From Salpingoeca rosetta (taxonomy: Eukaryota; Protista; Choanoflagellata): DNA of 54,875 bases. A program made the position numbers and the translations under genes. Numbering within the stretch: the stretch's first letter is position 1; each line of letters begins with the position of its first letter. Shown one piece after another: positions 28,211 through 42,424 of the stretch. A model generated the notes under the pieces. That model saw nothing but the letters and a program-made list of their open reading frames with translations. It ran no database searches and was not told the DNA's origin. The stretch covers positions 1,104,431 to 1,159,305 of the forward strand of contig JAWQFM010000004.1 of the NCBI GenBank assembly GCA_033442325.1, read 5' to 3'.

Positions 28211-28880
28211 TCAGCGTGGACATTCTTGTATCGTCGTCCTTCCTCCTGCAAGGGTCCGCTGGCTGTCCACACCGGAGTCAGCAGACGTGGTGCGGTCGTT
28301 TAAAGAAGGAGCAGCATCCGCCTCTGTTTCCTCTGTAATGGAAGCCAAGTTGATAGAATGTATTCACAGGGACACACAAATGTGGTACACGAGCAATGTA
28401 AGCGACAGTCGGAAGGTGGAAAAGGATTGCATCTGCATTCAGAGCCCGGTCACCGCGTCGTGCTGCTCCTCTCCCTCACGCCACACCATGTGTCATCTCA
28501 CCGCTGTTTGAAGGTGCTGGTGACATGCGGCCACTTGTTTTGGTCACTTTCCAATGCCCATACACAACGACGCCCACGGCAACCGCACCTCCCAGCACGC
28601 CAGACAGGGCCGCAGTGGTACCTGGTAGCATGAATGGGGGAATGAATCACCACAACATCGCCAGCGTGCATTATTGAGAATCTTCGTTAGAACGAGCGTT
28701 CTGCCTGCACACCAACAAGCAACGGTATGGCACGAAACGTCAAAGCGATGGTGATACATGACATGACGCACGGTGATAGGGCGGCGACGATGTTTCAGAG
28801 GTCGCAGCTGCCGGATACATGAGTGAGGGACTGGCACCCATTGCGTTGAACGCGATGACTACCAGCGTCGATGGGTCCTA

Positions 28881-28937
<57 letters not shown>

Positions 28938-29423
28938 TGTGTGTGTGTAAATGTGTTGTGTGTGTATGTGTGTATTTGTGTGTGTGTGTGTGAGTGTGTG
29001 TGTAAATGTGTATGTGTGTGTTTGTGTGTTGTGTGTGTATGTGTGTGTGTCGGGTCTATATGTGCAGCGCGACCTCTGAACAGCACAGCCTTGTAACCTT
29101 CACGTCTCCCCAGTTCTGTTTCACTGCACGGGTTGCTGACATGTGCAGAGCAGCACACCAGTTGGGGTCGAGCGGGAACGGTGACTTGCAAGGTGTGTCC
29201 TGGGTGGCCGGCGTAGAGCAAGGTGCCGCCGTCGTTGTCCTTGTTGATATGCCACAGCTCGTACCGGGTGATGTTTCCGTTTGGCGTTACAGGCTGGGTC
29301 CACCGCACCACTTGCTCCTCGCGCGCCACCCACGTGCCGTTGGCAGCATCGCGATAGTGGTTGGTGCACACCTCGACCGAGGGTGTCCCGGGAAATGATG
29401 GCGCTGTGGTGATTGTGCGTGTG

Positions 29424-29516
<93 letters not shown>

Positions 29517-30405
29517 ATGTGAGTACATCCCAGTCACAGTCACAGCCACAGCCACAGCCCACAAACAAATCACAAGGCACAATGCACAGCAACCACACCC
29601 CAACAACACAAACACGCACCACCCGTCCTCCCACACGCACACGCACACGCACACGCACACGCACACGCAGTTGTGCAGCAGGTACGTACGTGCATCTGCG
29701 GTCGTGAGGTTGACGGGCAGGCGTGTGTCTGATCCGCCGTACTTGTTGAACGCGCGCACAACCAGCGAATATGTGGTGGCGGGGCGAAGACCACTCAATA
29801 CCAGTCCCGTCACATTCCCAGGCACGATTCCCACCAGAAGTGTCGTGTTGTCCTGAGCAAGGTGTGTGTGTGTGTGTGTTTGCATGCGAGCACGTATGAG
29901 AGCGCGTGTGTGTATGTGTTTGTGTGCAAGCCAGGAACACCAACACAAACGCCAATGCATAACACAAGTGCACAACACCAACACACCACACCAACACCAA
30001 CACAACAACGCGTACATCAACACACCAACACACACACACACCAACAACAACGCAGCATGTGCACACCTGTATGGTCGGGTAGTAGGGAATGTGCTGTAGC
30101 ACGCTGGTGCGGAAGACGAGGTAAGATTGCACTGGCGCCGCACACGATGACGCAGGCGTCCAGGTCACATTGAGCGTGTACGCTGTTGCGTTCAGCGCCA
30201 TCACACCATCCACTGCATCGGGGACTGCCGTTCGTGTTGTGCGCGAAGGGCCATGAGCAGTCATGCGAGACAAGTGGCAAAGAGCAAGCAATCGACAACA
30301 TGTACATGACATAAATGTACTGTCGCCACATATGCACACACACGCACAACATGCGCATGAACATACCATGCATAGCACACGAAAGCACAAGTGCACACAG
30401 CATAC

Positions 30406-30440
<35 letters not shown>

Positions 30441-31900
30441 CACACATACAGCACACATACAGCACATACAACACACACACACACACAGCATACATGCGCA
30501 CCTCCACTGGGCATGGTCACGTTGGCTGGCACGCTTGGTTCGCTTGGCAGCGCTGCGTGGGCAATGACAAAGAAGGAGACAGCTGCGCCCGGCACAAGGT
30601 CCGCCACAACAGCACTCGTCTCTGCACCCGCGTACACACGCGCCCCAGTGTCGCCGCGATACAGCTCGTAGCGGTCAACAACGTCAACACTCCGCTCAGC
30701 CGGCGGCTGCCACGACACGCGCACGCGGTCCGCGCACAGCACATCAATGGTCGGTGGCAGTGGGCGTGGCGGGGGTGTGGGGTTGGGCACGCACGTGTAC
30801 GGCAAAGACAGCGGGCCTTCGCCGGCGGTTGTGTTGGCTGAAAGCACCACCGCATACGTGCTGTTGGTCTCCAGCATCGTCCACACATACACGTTGTCGG
30901 CAGTGTTGGTGGTGTTGGTGGCGGTGGTGTTCGGCTTGAATGTGTTGGTGTTGGTGGTTGTTGTGTTGATGGTGGCGAGCACCTGCGGTGTTGCCAGCTG
31001 CACCCCTTCCACCACGACAGCGTACACCGTGTACACTGGCGCCTGGCCGTACGTGTCGTTCCTGGCGAGCGGCAGCCACTCAAAGAGGCACGCCGTCGCG
31101 TTCACGCGCACATGCACCACACTTGGCGCTGTCGCCGGTGCAGCCGGCAGCGTCGTCACCAGCGCAGGTGCACTGAACGGCCCGGCCCCTGCACTCGTCA
31201 CACCGCGCACGCTCACGTTGTACGGCGTGGCCGGGCGAAGGTCACTGATCGTGTATTCCCTGGCGTTGGCGTTGGTGTTGCTGGTGGTGTTGATGTTGTT
31301 GTTGTTGTTGTTGGTGTTGGTGTTGGTGTTGGTGCCATTGGTGGTGAGTGTGATGACGCGGTTGAGGGGCCGGCGACCAGGGGTTTCCATGCGCGTCTCC
31401 ACGATGCGAACATCGTACGCCACGATGCGGCCGTTGGCGGGGGTCGGGGCGCTGATGTTCACCCGCACGGCGCGCTGCCGCACCTCCAGCACCAGCGGAG
31501 CGGCGGGTCTGCTCGGCACATCCTCCGCAGTCACAACACCTGCTGTTGTAAACCCGCTCACCCCGCGACCGTGCACAGCGCGCACACGCACGTCGTAGGC
31601 GGTGAACGGAAGCAGGCCCGTGATTGTGGCGTGCAGCGGTGTTGCCAGCTCGTCCATACTCGCGGGCTCGTGATCAAGATAGCGACTGCACATGGGGGGG
31701 GGAGGCGTGGCGTGCGCGGGCGTGATTTTGGGGGAAGGGAGGCGTGTGAGGCCAATAGGAGAGAGTGAGAGAGAGAGCAAAGATGGAGGAGGTGCACGCT
31801 GTGCATGGATCATGTTTGGTGTGGACGTGCACAGCAGAAACGACGCACACGGGAAGTGCACACATGAACGTTGAGATTCGAATGGGATATGGTCGTGCTG

Positions 31901-31960
<60 letters not shown>

Positions 31961-32095
31961 TCGCACATACACACAACGCACGCAAAGACGCAGACGCAAG
32001 CACGCACAGACGCAGACGCAAGCACGCGCAAACGCACACACACACATACACACACACACACATACACACAACACACACATACACACAACACACAC

Positions 32096-32130
<35 letters not shown>

Positions 32131-32420
32131 AGCCTTTCGTCACACGCTCACCACTGGTTGTGCGGGAGCGGTGCGCGCGTGTCGCCAGGAGGGAACGAGG
32201 TATTGGTGCAGGTGACGGGAAGCCACGCGTCCGTGGTGTTGTGCAGGCGAACATCGAGCGTGTAGTAGTCGATGGGAGCAAAGTTGCCGTGGGGCCGCGG
32301 CCACGCAGCGGTGGCACTCGTCGGTGCTGCCGATGTCACGTTGAGTGTGGATGGCGCATCAGGATCAACTGCACGTCGGGGCATGTATATGTGTGCATGT
32401 GTGTGTGCATGTGTGTGTGT

Positions 32421-32466
<46 letters not shown>

Positions 32467-32474
32467 ATGTGTGT

Positions 32475-32508
<34 letters not shown>

Positions 32509-33102
32509 TGTGTAGTGTGTGTACGTGTCAATGTGTGTACGTGTCAATGTGTGCACGTGTCAATGTGTGCACGTGTCAATGCACGTGTCAATGCGCGTAT
32601 CTGTGAAGAGATGGGTGATGCTGGTGCTCGCAAGGACAAAGCCCATGAGTAAAGGCGTGTGCGGGCACAGACAATAGTACACGCATCATGTGTTTGTGCA
32701 ATGTGTGTGTACTGTCTCTCATATGGGCAGGCATACCACACCTCGGGTGCAGATGGTGATTGGCCCTGTTGTGTCTGCGATGAGGTGACCAGCCACCCTT
32801 TGCGGGGCGGCGCATGCGACAAAGGGGAGGTCTTGCACAATGGAAACAGCGTCCCGGAACCACTCCATGCCGCAGCAGTACCACGGGTTGTCGCGCAAGT
32901 ACCTGCAGCGTTGCAAGCAGCCAGCCATCATCGTGTCCACATGCGTGCGAGTATGTGAGTGGCTGGCAAAGCAAGACAACTTCGCAATGGCGGAGTGATC
33001 CAGGCACGAAAACTGTCGAGGTGCAACGTACAGTTGTGTGAGGTTGGCCCAGCGCGTGTCGTTGTTGTACGCCAGCGTCTCCAGCGTGTTGTTGTTCAGT
33101 CG

Positions 33103-33177
<75 letters not shown>

Positions 33178-36100
33178 TGGCCATGATATGAACGCAGATA
33201 GGATGAGCAAGAAAACTTGGTGCAAGGGTGCGTTTGTGGACGTGGATGTGGATGTGTATTGTCGGTGTATAGGGGGTGTGCACGCACGTGTGCCATGTGT
33301 GTGTGTGTGTGTGCGTGTGCGTGTGTGTATGTGTGTGTGTGTTCAGTGAGAGGTGGTTTCGTTCTTGTCGTCTTCATGTGCGCGTACAGGATGCTGAGTG
33401 GATTGTTGCCGATGACGTCAATGGAAAACGATGCCAGCCGGTTGTCGGCCAGTCTCCTGTCATTTGTCACGCAGGCGCAGGCGTCACGCAGGTGCAGGTG
33501 CGTCAGCATACACGAGCAAGCAAGTGTCACCGAAGGCACACACGCAAAGGCACACAACACAGAAAGTAACAAGCGTAATTGAACAGACACACGCACACAC
33601 GCACACATACACACACGCACACGCACACGCACGCACGCACACACACACAGACAGACAGACAGACAGACATTGGTGTACGCACAGGGAGGCGAGTCGCGTT
33701 TGGGTATCAAACAGTGTCGGTGGCAGCTCCGTCAAATCGTTGGCAGACAGGTCACTGCGAGCCACACCAAGGGTTGCAGACACACACGCTAGTGAGGTGA
33801 CGCGTGCTCACGTGATGCACAGATGACAAGGGGTCGCCACGTAAATATAAATGTGTACACACACGCACACAGGCACGCATCGAGTGTGCACGAAATACAA
33901 GCACAAAGGCAAGAAAGAAACGCACAGGTGTGTGAGGTTATGCAAGGCATCAAGCACGCTTGGGGCCAGCACTGAAATGCGATTGGAGCTCAGGTCCCTG
34001 CATGCATGCATGCAAACGAGTAAGTGAGTCAAAGAGTGAGTGGGAGGGTATGTGCGTGCATGCGTGCGTGTGTGTGTACGTGCATGTGTGTACATGCGTG
34101 TGTGTGTGCAAGTGTGTGTGCGTGTGTGTGCGTGTGTGCATGTGCGTGTGTGTACAAATGTGCGTACAAATGTGTGCGTGTGTGTGTCACGCGAGGAAAC
34201 GCACAACATCCATTACGCAGCACACACAACAGCTTACAACAGTACACAATAGCAGACAGCACAACGCACACGCACACGCACGTGCACACGCACACGCACG
34301 TGCACACGCACACGCACAAACGCACAAACGCACAATTCGCTGAGATGTGGTGCATCCGAAAATGCAAGCGGGGCAATGAACGACAGGTCGTTGTGGGACA
34401 AGTCACTGGTGTTGGCGGTGTTGGTGAATGGTGGTCGTGGTGGTGGTGACAATGAGAGCAAGCATTGCACGCGAGCATACACAGGAATTCGGATGTATGC
34501 ATGTGAGTGTGCATTTGTTCTACGAACGCAGAAGCATCGACACACGCTACACGCATGCACAGACACAAAGCGAATACCACACACGTCGTGCACACACGCA
34601 GATTGCACCCATATACGTTCGCACATACACGCACGCACGCACACACAATATACACAGCAACATACACGGCACGATGCAAAGCAGTGATCATACAGGGCAC
34701 GGAGGTTGGCGTGGTCGAACGCCATATCGTCCAGGCCTGTGATGCGGTTGTGCCCGAGGTTGCTGTACGAGAGAATGCAGAAGCAGTGGAGCAGTGCGCA
34801 TGTGCACACGCAGTAAGTTGAATGTTTGTGTATGTGTGTGTGTGTGCGTGCGTGCGTGCATGTGTGTGTGTGTGTGCGTGTCTACGCTTGTAGCTTTCTA
34901 CGTTGTGTGCGTGTGCGTGTGTGTGCGTGTGTGTGCGTGCGTGTGTGTGTGTGTGTGTGCACATGTGTGCGTACATGTATGTGTAGGTGTGTAAGTGGTT
35001 GTGTGTGCGTGCCCGATTCAAGCCCATGCAGTCACACAGAGCGACAGAGATTCAAGCACAGCGTCGTCCTTGCTAACGTACAGGGTGGCCAGGGTGAACA
35101 TGTCGGTGAACTGGCCCATGTCAACAAAGGTGAGGCGGTTGTGCTCAAGATCACTGTCAGCCATGCCCGATGAACAACAATGCATACACAGCCACACAAG
35201 CAGCGTTTTGTACACACACAGAGATGTGTGAGCGCTCGGGACCAGATACGTCTATACGTACATGTGCAGAGAGGGTGTACGTGCACAGATACATGCACGC
35301 ATGCACACACACGCGTGTGTACTGAATTGAATGTGCTCGAAGATACACGAGGACGACTGACAGAGTGCGGAGGGGCAGCAGCTCAGCCAAGAACGGCAGC
35401 TTGCTCAGGGCGTTGTCCACAATGGAGCTGAAGGCGCACCCGCACGCATGTAGCAGGTGGTCATGTCAGGTTTGAGGGAATCAGAATGCGGGAGCGTCGA
35501 TAAGAGAGCGCACGAGAGAAGGGAAAAGCGCAACTGCGGGAGTCGTATGACCAGTGTTGTCTGCACGTGCACACACAAGCAAACACACGTGCACACACAA
35601 ACACACACACAGACACACACGTGCACACACAAGTGCACACACACGTGCACACACAAACACACACACAGACACACACACACACACACACAAACATGTGCAC
35701 ACACAGTCACACACAGACAGACAGACACACACACACACACACAACCACACACATACACACGTGCGCACACACACCACACCTGCCCACAGACTCGCGCGCA
35801 ATAACGATTTCAGACGAGACATCAAACGTACAGGATGGCAAGGTTGTGCAAGCCAGCAAATGCGCCGGCATCCACCGTCTCAAGCCCGTTGTCATCCAAA
35901 TAGCTGTGAGGGTGGCAAGCGTTGGAGGTGGTGGGCAGACAGAACGGGGGGGGAGGGGGTTATGTGACAATACATCATGATCGGGAGAACAAATCGTGGT
36001 CACAAACAGGCAGTGGAACATAGCAGCACAGCACCAGTTCCTGCAACCCTTGCAGCTACAAACACCCAAGCACCGAATCACACCACCGACACGATCACTG

Positions 36101-36792
36101 CAGAGCTGCATGCATGCGCCGCCGTGAGCAACAAACACACAGGGTGTGGAGGTTGGTGAGGTTCTGCATGGCGCGCCCCGGCAAGGACGTGATCTTGTTG
36201 TTTGACAAGCTCCTGTTGCAGAGAGAAGAGCAAGGGGTGGGAGGATGGAGAAGGGAAATGGGAGTTGAGAGGGAAATGTGAAATATCACACATGGGCACA
36301 TGAGCACACATGGGTACATGGGCATGGGTACATTGGCACATGGGCACATGGACACGCTCATGAGTCCACGTAGGCACACACGGACACATGGGCACACATG
36401 GACACATGAGCACCCACACACACACACACACACACACACTCACTCACTCACACACTCACACACACACACACACATGCACGCACACACATGCACACACACA
36501 CACTCTCTCTCACTTACAGGATTGTGGTATTGATGGGTATGTGTGCGGGCACGGCAGCAAGTCCATGACTTCTGCAGTCAACGACAAAGTCTTGGCCATC
36601 CTCGTAGCACGTGCACAATGCGCTCTTGCCCTGCACAGTGCACGCACCTTGGCCCCGCACCGGCACCGAGCCAGCTGCAAGGACGGTAAGAACAAACACC
36701 ACAGCAAAGAGGCGGCGGACGACATGATGGCGGCGGGAGTGGCAGTGCAAGGCAGCCCCGCTGCATCGTCCACGCACACAGTCGTCCGGCAT
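28211..36792 (-). CDS. Single-pass receptor A: signal peptide, LRRNT, ~10 LRRs (one per exon), LRRCT, several FN3 domains, TM and short cytoplasmic tail
   Basis: Exon 1 has [14 protein letters not shown]...[16 protein letters not shown]. ~72-nt LRR exons ([33 protein letters not shown] and others), then [16 protein letters not shown]3 motifs [48 protein letters not shown]. Exon ~28878-28770 ([17 protein letters not shown]), TM exon ~28621-28503 ([22 protein letters not shown]), stop near 28211. The 3' exons are inferred by eye. Confidence 0.8.
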
Positions 36793-37440
36793 GGTTGTGG
36801 TCTGCAGTGTGGGGGAGCAGTGTGGGGAGCGGCGTGCAGGCGTGTCCCTGAGCAACTGATGGTCAAAGGTTGGTCAACCTCGGTTCTTCTTCATCAAGCA
36901 AATTGTTAGTTCGACGAAGAGTCGAGCAGCCTGCAGACAGCGAGGGAGAGTGAGCGAGGGAGAGCTGGTGTGTGGTGTTGTCGTGACACTATCCAGCGTG
37001 TTTGTGTGGGTGGTTGGGAAGCATGGTGTGATTATTGTGTATGGCTTCCATTGATCTTCTGCACTCGCCGATGCCTCGCTCGTTTGCGTGCTTGGGTATT
37101 GCGCACTTGCGCGTCGTGCGTGTGTGTGTTGTTTGCCCTTTTTTTGTTTGTTCGTTCTTCTCAGCAACCACCACCACACACACGCACGCGAGTGAGGTGT
37201 CCACACGTCGAACAAACACAACCAAACACAACCAAACACAACCAAACATACCAACTTATTACAAGCTCATCAACAGACGACGACGACCGACGGGAGGGAG
37301 CCGCAAGACCAAGCACGCACTTGCAGGCACGCACATATATACACGGGCGAGGCGTAGGGCTCTTGGTTTGTCTGTTGCTGCTTGCTGGGGGGCTGCTGGG
37401 TGGCTGGGGTAGTTGGGGTGGCTTTGTTTGGGGTGTGCGG
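29174..37440. repeat. Left arm of a large inverted segmental duplication (partner 39772-47511)
   Basis: The reverse complement matches the partner in exons, introns and upstream region. For example, ORFs 36874..37254(-) and 39958..40338(+) are nearly identical. Confidence 0.95.
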
Positions 37441-37571
37441 CTGCGGTCACAGCTCACGACTCACAACCAACGTCTCCTTCATTTTGTGCTCGTAATCGTT
37501 TGCACTCTTGCAGGGAGCTGTTGCTGTGTTTATTGTGAACCGAAGGAGAGCGAAAGTGTCGCAGTGCCAGT

Positions 37572-39216
37572 ATGTCTTCCGCCGTGAACGCTGTCGCCAT
37601 TGTCTGCGCGTGCGCAGCATTCCTGTTTGCGACAACAACACCTACTGCTGAGGGCGCAGGGGGGCCCGCGCCCGACCAAGCTGTTGAGCTTACGGATGGC
37701 GACATTCAAGGCGGGTACATCGAGTCTCCGTTTGAGGTTGAGTTCTGGTCCATTGCCGTATGCGCCAAGGGCCAAGTTGAAGTCACGGTCACCTCACTGG
37801 ATGGCAACGCGAACGCGCAGCTCTACGACAACGCCGACGTCCTACAAGGCTTCAGCTACGAAGGCGAAGGTGTTGAGGACATCATCACCTACGGCAACAG
37901 CGATTCTAGTGACACCACCATCAGCATCGCCGTGCTGGCCCCATCCGGCAATGCACGATACCGCATTCGCGTGGCCCTTGTCGGCTGTCCGCTTGCCAGC
38001 GCGACTTCAACCACGGTCAATCCAGGCGCATTGAATGGAACAGACACGGAAGGCTCCAGCGCTTGCGCCGTTGATCCGAACAAGGACCTGTACATCGTCA
38101 TTGGCGCGGTCCTTGCGTTCCTCACACTTGTGCAGAGCATTGTGGTGACCGTGCTGTGCAAGCGCCGCAACAGCTCAGACTCGACTGTTTTCCCGAGCCT
38201 GAACGGCATGAAGGACGCTGTTGGCGCGAACATCATGGAGGTGACACAAGAGGCGCGATCCGCGCTTGCGGAAGGGGTTGACACGCTTAGTGTTGAGCTC
38301 GAGCATTGCATTCGCAAGGCGGCCAAGCTGGCCATGCACGACGTCGAGGACGCCGTCGCCGGCGTGTCCTCGACCCTCACCGGCTCCTTGCGCACAGCAG
38401 GGCAGGATATGGCCGAGGAAGTGCAGCGGCAAATCAACCACGCACGCGACACGCTTGACACCAACGTCCGAGAAGCGGCCAGCAGTGCCGCAACGGCTGC
38501 ATTGTCGTCATTTGAGGACGTGCGTTCTGGATTTGAGGCAAACATCCGCGCAGCTGTCGCCGACTCCAGGAAGAGCATGGAGGCGCACATCCTCGCCCTC
38601 GGCAGCACCCTCAAGGAGGAGCTGCGTGACGCCGCACAGGACAACGCGGACATCGACAGGCACGTGGCGCGCATCACAACAGCCATCACGCGTGCACGGG
38701 AGGACATGGGTGTGCAGCTGCAGAGCTCGGCCGAGTCGACGCTGGCTAAAGCAACGCTCAAGCTGGCGGAGGCGAAAGGCGACGTTGATGCGCAGTTGCG
38801 ACGCGGGGTGAGCACTGCGCTGGGGGAGGTCGACGCCATTCTCCGCAACACGAAGACCGACTTCACCCAGCTCGTACACAGCACAGTTGGGGATGCGATG
38901 GACAGCTTGGGGGAGGTTGTCGCGATTGGGGAAGGGTTGGAAGCATCGCTGCGGGCCGCAACAGAAAGCGCTCTCTCGACGGTGGAGGAGCACATCCAAG
39001 CTGCACGTGAGATGCTGTTGGAGGGTGTGGAGCAAGTCAAGTCCAGGGTGGCAGAGGAGATTGAGGGCTTCACCGACCGCCTGCCCTCAGCAGCTACAAG
39101 CGTGCTACGCTCAGTTGTGACAGGGTTTGGCAGTGATTCTGACACAGATGATGAGGAAGTGCCGTTGGTCAACCAGCCGCGTGCCCACAATGGCAGCGGC
39201 GACACAGGGGCCCTTG

Positions 39217-39256
<40 letters not shown>

Positions 39257-39371
39257 ATATAGTAACAGCACGGGCACTGACGACGTTGCAGCTGCTACGA
39301 GCATGACAGCATTCAGTGAGAATGCACTTGTTGAAGAGACCGCCCTCTCCCTACCCAACTCAGTCCCCTGA
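37572..39371 (+). CDS. Intronless type I membrane protein: signal peptide, PPC-like beta-sandwich, TM, ~300-aa amphipathic helical cytoplasmic region
   Basis: 599-aa ORF with strong coding bias. N-terminal hydrophobic leader; VTVTSLDGNANAQLY...ISIAVLAPSGNARYRIRV resembles a pre-peptidase C-terminal domain; TM LYIVIGAVLAFLTLVQSIVVTVLC-KRR; Ala/Glu/Leu-rich, Pro-poor helical tract. Confidence 0.85.
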
Positions 39372-39771
39372 AGGTGATAACAATTGCAGCAAGTGCGCAT
39401 GAGATGAATTCTTTATTGTTGCTTCGTCAAAGGTTCGAATGGTGCATTTATCGTGTGGCATGATGTCATGTCACTCGTCCAAATCGAGTTTCCTTGTGTG
39501 TGTGTGAGTGTGTTTTGCCTTTTTGCATGAGGATGGGCCCACAAGTTGAGATACTTGCGTGCTTGGTTGCAAGCTCAGCTAGTTTGGCGTCGCGGTGGAT
39601 GCGTGCATTGCCCCCTGAGAGTTGTTTGACTGTCATCGGAGTGCAACGACCATGTATGGGAGTATGGGCATGTAAGCGCTTATAAAATTTTGTACTTGAG
39701 TTCCAATTCAGCTTGTTGATCGGAGGTATGATAGTATGGATGTACAAGTAGATGAGAGGTTAAGAGAGGAC

Positions 39772-42351
39772 CCGCACACCCCAAACAAAGCCACCCCAAC
39801 TACCCCAGCCACCCAGCAGCCCCCCAGCAAGCAGCAACAGACAAACCAAGAGCCCTACGCCTCGCCCGTGTATATATGTGCGTGCCTGCAAGTGCGTGCT
39901 TGGTCTTGCGGCTCCCTCCCGTCGGTCGTCGTCGTCTGTTGATGAGCTTGTAATAAGTTGGTATGTTTGGTTGTGTTTGGTTGTGTTTGGTTGTGTTTGT
40001 TCGACGTGTGGACACCTCACTCGCGTGCGTGTGTGTGGTGGTGGTTGCTGAGAAGAACGAACAAACAAAAAAAGGGCAAACAACACACACACGCACGACG
40101 CGCAAGTGCGCAATACCCAAGCACGCAAACGAGCGAGGCATCGGCGAGTGCAGAAGATCAATGGAAGCCATACACAATAATCACACCATGCTTCCCAACC
40201 ACCCACACAAACACGCTCGATAGTGTCACGACAACACCACACACCAGCTCTCCCTCGCTCACTCTCCCTCGCTGTCTGCAGGCTGCTCGACTCTTCGTCG
40301 AACTAACAATTTGCTTGATGAAGAAGACCCGAGGTTGACCAACCTTTGACACCATCAGTTGCTCAGGAACACGCCTACACACCTACACACCACTCCCCAC
40401 ACAGCCACACCCGTCCACAACACAACCATGCTGCTGGACGAGGGTGTGCGTGGACGATGCAGCGGGGCTGCCTTGCACTGCCACTCCCGCCGCCATCATG
40501 TCGTCCGCCGCCTCTTTGCTGTGGTGTTTGTTCTTACCGTCCTTGCAGCTGGCTCGGTGCCGGTGCGGGGCCAAGGTGCGTGCACTGTGCAGGGCAAGAG
40601 CGCATTGTGCACGTGCTACGAGGATGGCCAAGACTTTGTCGTTGACTGCAGAAGTCATGGACTTGCTGCCGTGCCCGCACACATACCCATCAATACCACA
40701 ATCCTGTAAGTGAGAGAGAGTGTGTGTGTGTGTGCATGTGTGTGCGTGCATGTGTGTGTGTGTGTGTGAGTGTGTGAGTGAGTGAGTGTGTGTGTGTGTG
40801 TGTGTGTGTGGGTGCTCATGTGTCCATGTGTGCCCATGTGTCCGTGTGTGCCTACGTGGACTCATGAGCGTGTCCATGTGCCCATGTGCCAATGTACCCA
40901 TGCCCATGTACCCATGTGTGCTCATGTGCCCATGTGTGATATTTCACATTTCCCTCTCAACTCCCATTTCCCTTCTCCATCCTCCCACCCCTTGCTCTTC
41001 TCTCTGCAACAGGAGCTTGTCAAACAACAAGATCACGTCCTTGCCGGGGCGCGCCATGCAGAACCTCACCAACCTCCACACCCTGTGTGTTTGTTGCTCA
41101 CGGCGGCGCATGCATGCAGCTCTGCAGTGATCGTGTCGGTGGTGTGATTCGGTGCTTGGGTGCTTGTAGCTGCAAGGGTTGCAGGAACTGGTGCTGTGCT
41201 GCTATGTTCCACTGCCTGTTTGTGACCACGATTTGTTCTCCCCATCATGATGTATTGTCACATAACCCCCTCCCCCGCCGTTCTGTCTGCCCACCACCTC
41301 CAACGCTTGCCACCCTCACAGCTATTTGGATGACAACGGGCTTGAGACGGTGGATGCCGGCGCATTTGCTGGCTTGCACAACCTTGCCATCCTGTACGTT
41401 TGATGTCTCGTCTACAATCGTTATTGTGCGCGAGTCTGTGTGCATGTGTCAGTGTGTGCATGGGTGCATGTGTGTGTGCACGTGTGTGTGCACGTGTGTG
41501 TGCACGTGTGTGTCTGTGTGTGTGCACGTGTGTGTCTGTGTGCGTGTTTGTGTGTGCACGTGTGTTTGCTTGTGTGTGCACGTGCAGACAACACTGGTCA
41601 TACGACACCCGCAGTTGCGTTTTCCCCTTCTCTCGTTCGCTCACTTGTCCACCCTCTGTGATTCCCTCAAACCTGACATGACCACCTGCTACATGCGTGC
41701 GGGTGCGCCTTCAGCTCCATTGTGGACAACGCCCTGAGCAAGCTGCCGTTCTTGGCTGAGCTGCTGCCCCTCCGCACTCTGTCAGTCGTCCTCGTGTATC
41801 TTCGAGCACATTCAATTCAGTACACACGCGTGTGTGTGCATGGGTGCATGTGCATGTGCATGTGCATGTGTATGTGTGTGTATGTGTGTGTGTGCATGTA
41901 CATGTGTGTGTGTTGGTGGGTGCGCAGCGTACATGTATCTGTGCAAATACACGCTCTGCACATGTACGTATAGACGTATCTGGTCCCGAGCGCTCACACA
42001 TCTCTGTGTGTGTACAAAACGCTGCTTGTGTGGCTGTGTATGCATTGTTGTTCATCGGGCATGGCTGACAGTGATCTTGAGCACAACCGCCTCACCTTTG
42101 TTGACATGGGCCAGTTCACCGACATGTTCACCCTGGCCACCCTGTACGTTAGCAAGGACGACGCTGTGCTTAAATCTCTGTCGCTCTGTGTGACTGCATG
42201 GGTTTGATTCGGGCACGCACACACAACCGCTTACACACACACACACACACACACGCACGCACGCACGCACACACGCACGCACGCACACACACACGCACGC
42301 ACGCACACACACACGCACACACGCACACAACGTAGAAAGCTACAAGCGTAG

Positions 42352-42424
<73 letters not shown>

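Noticed and set aside
37889-39400. 503-aa antisense ORF
   Set aside because: It is the shadow of the GC3-rich sense gene, Ser/Ala-rich and without motifs.
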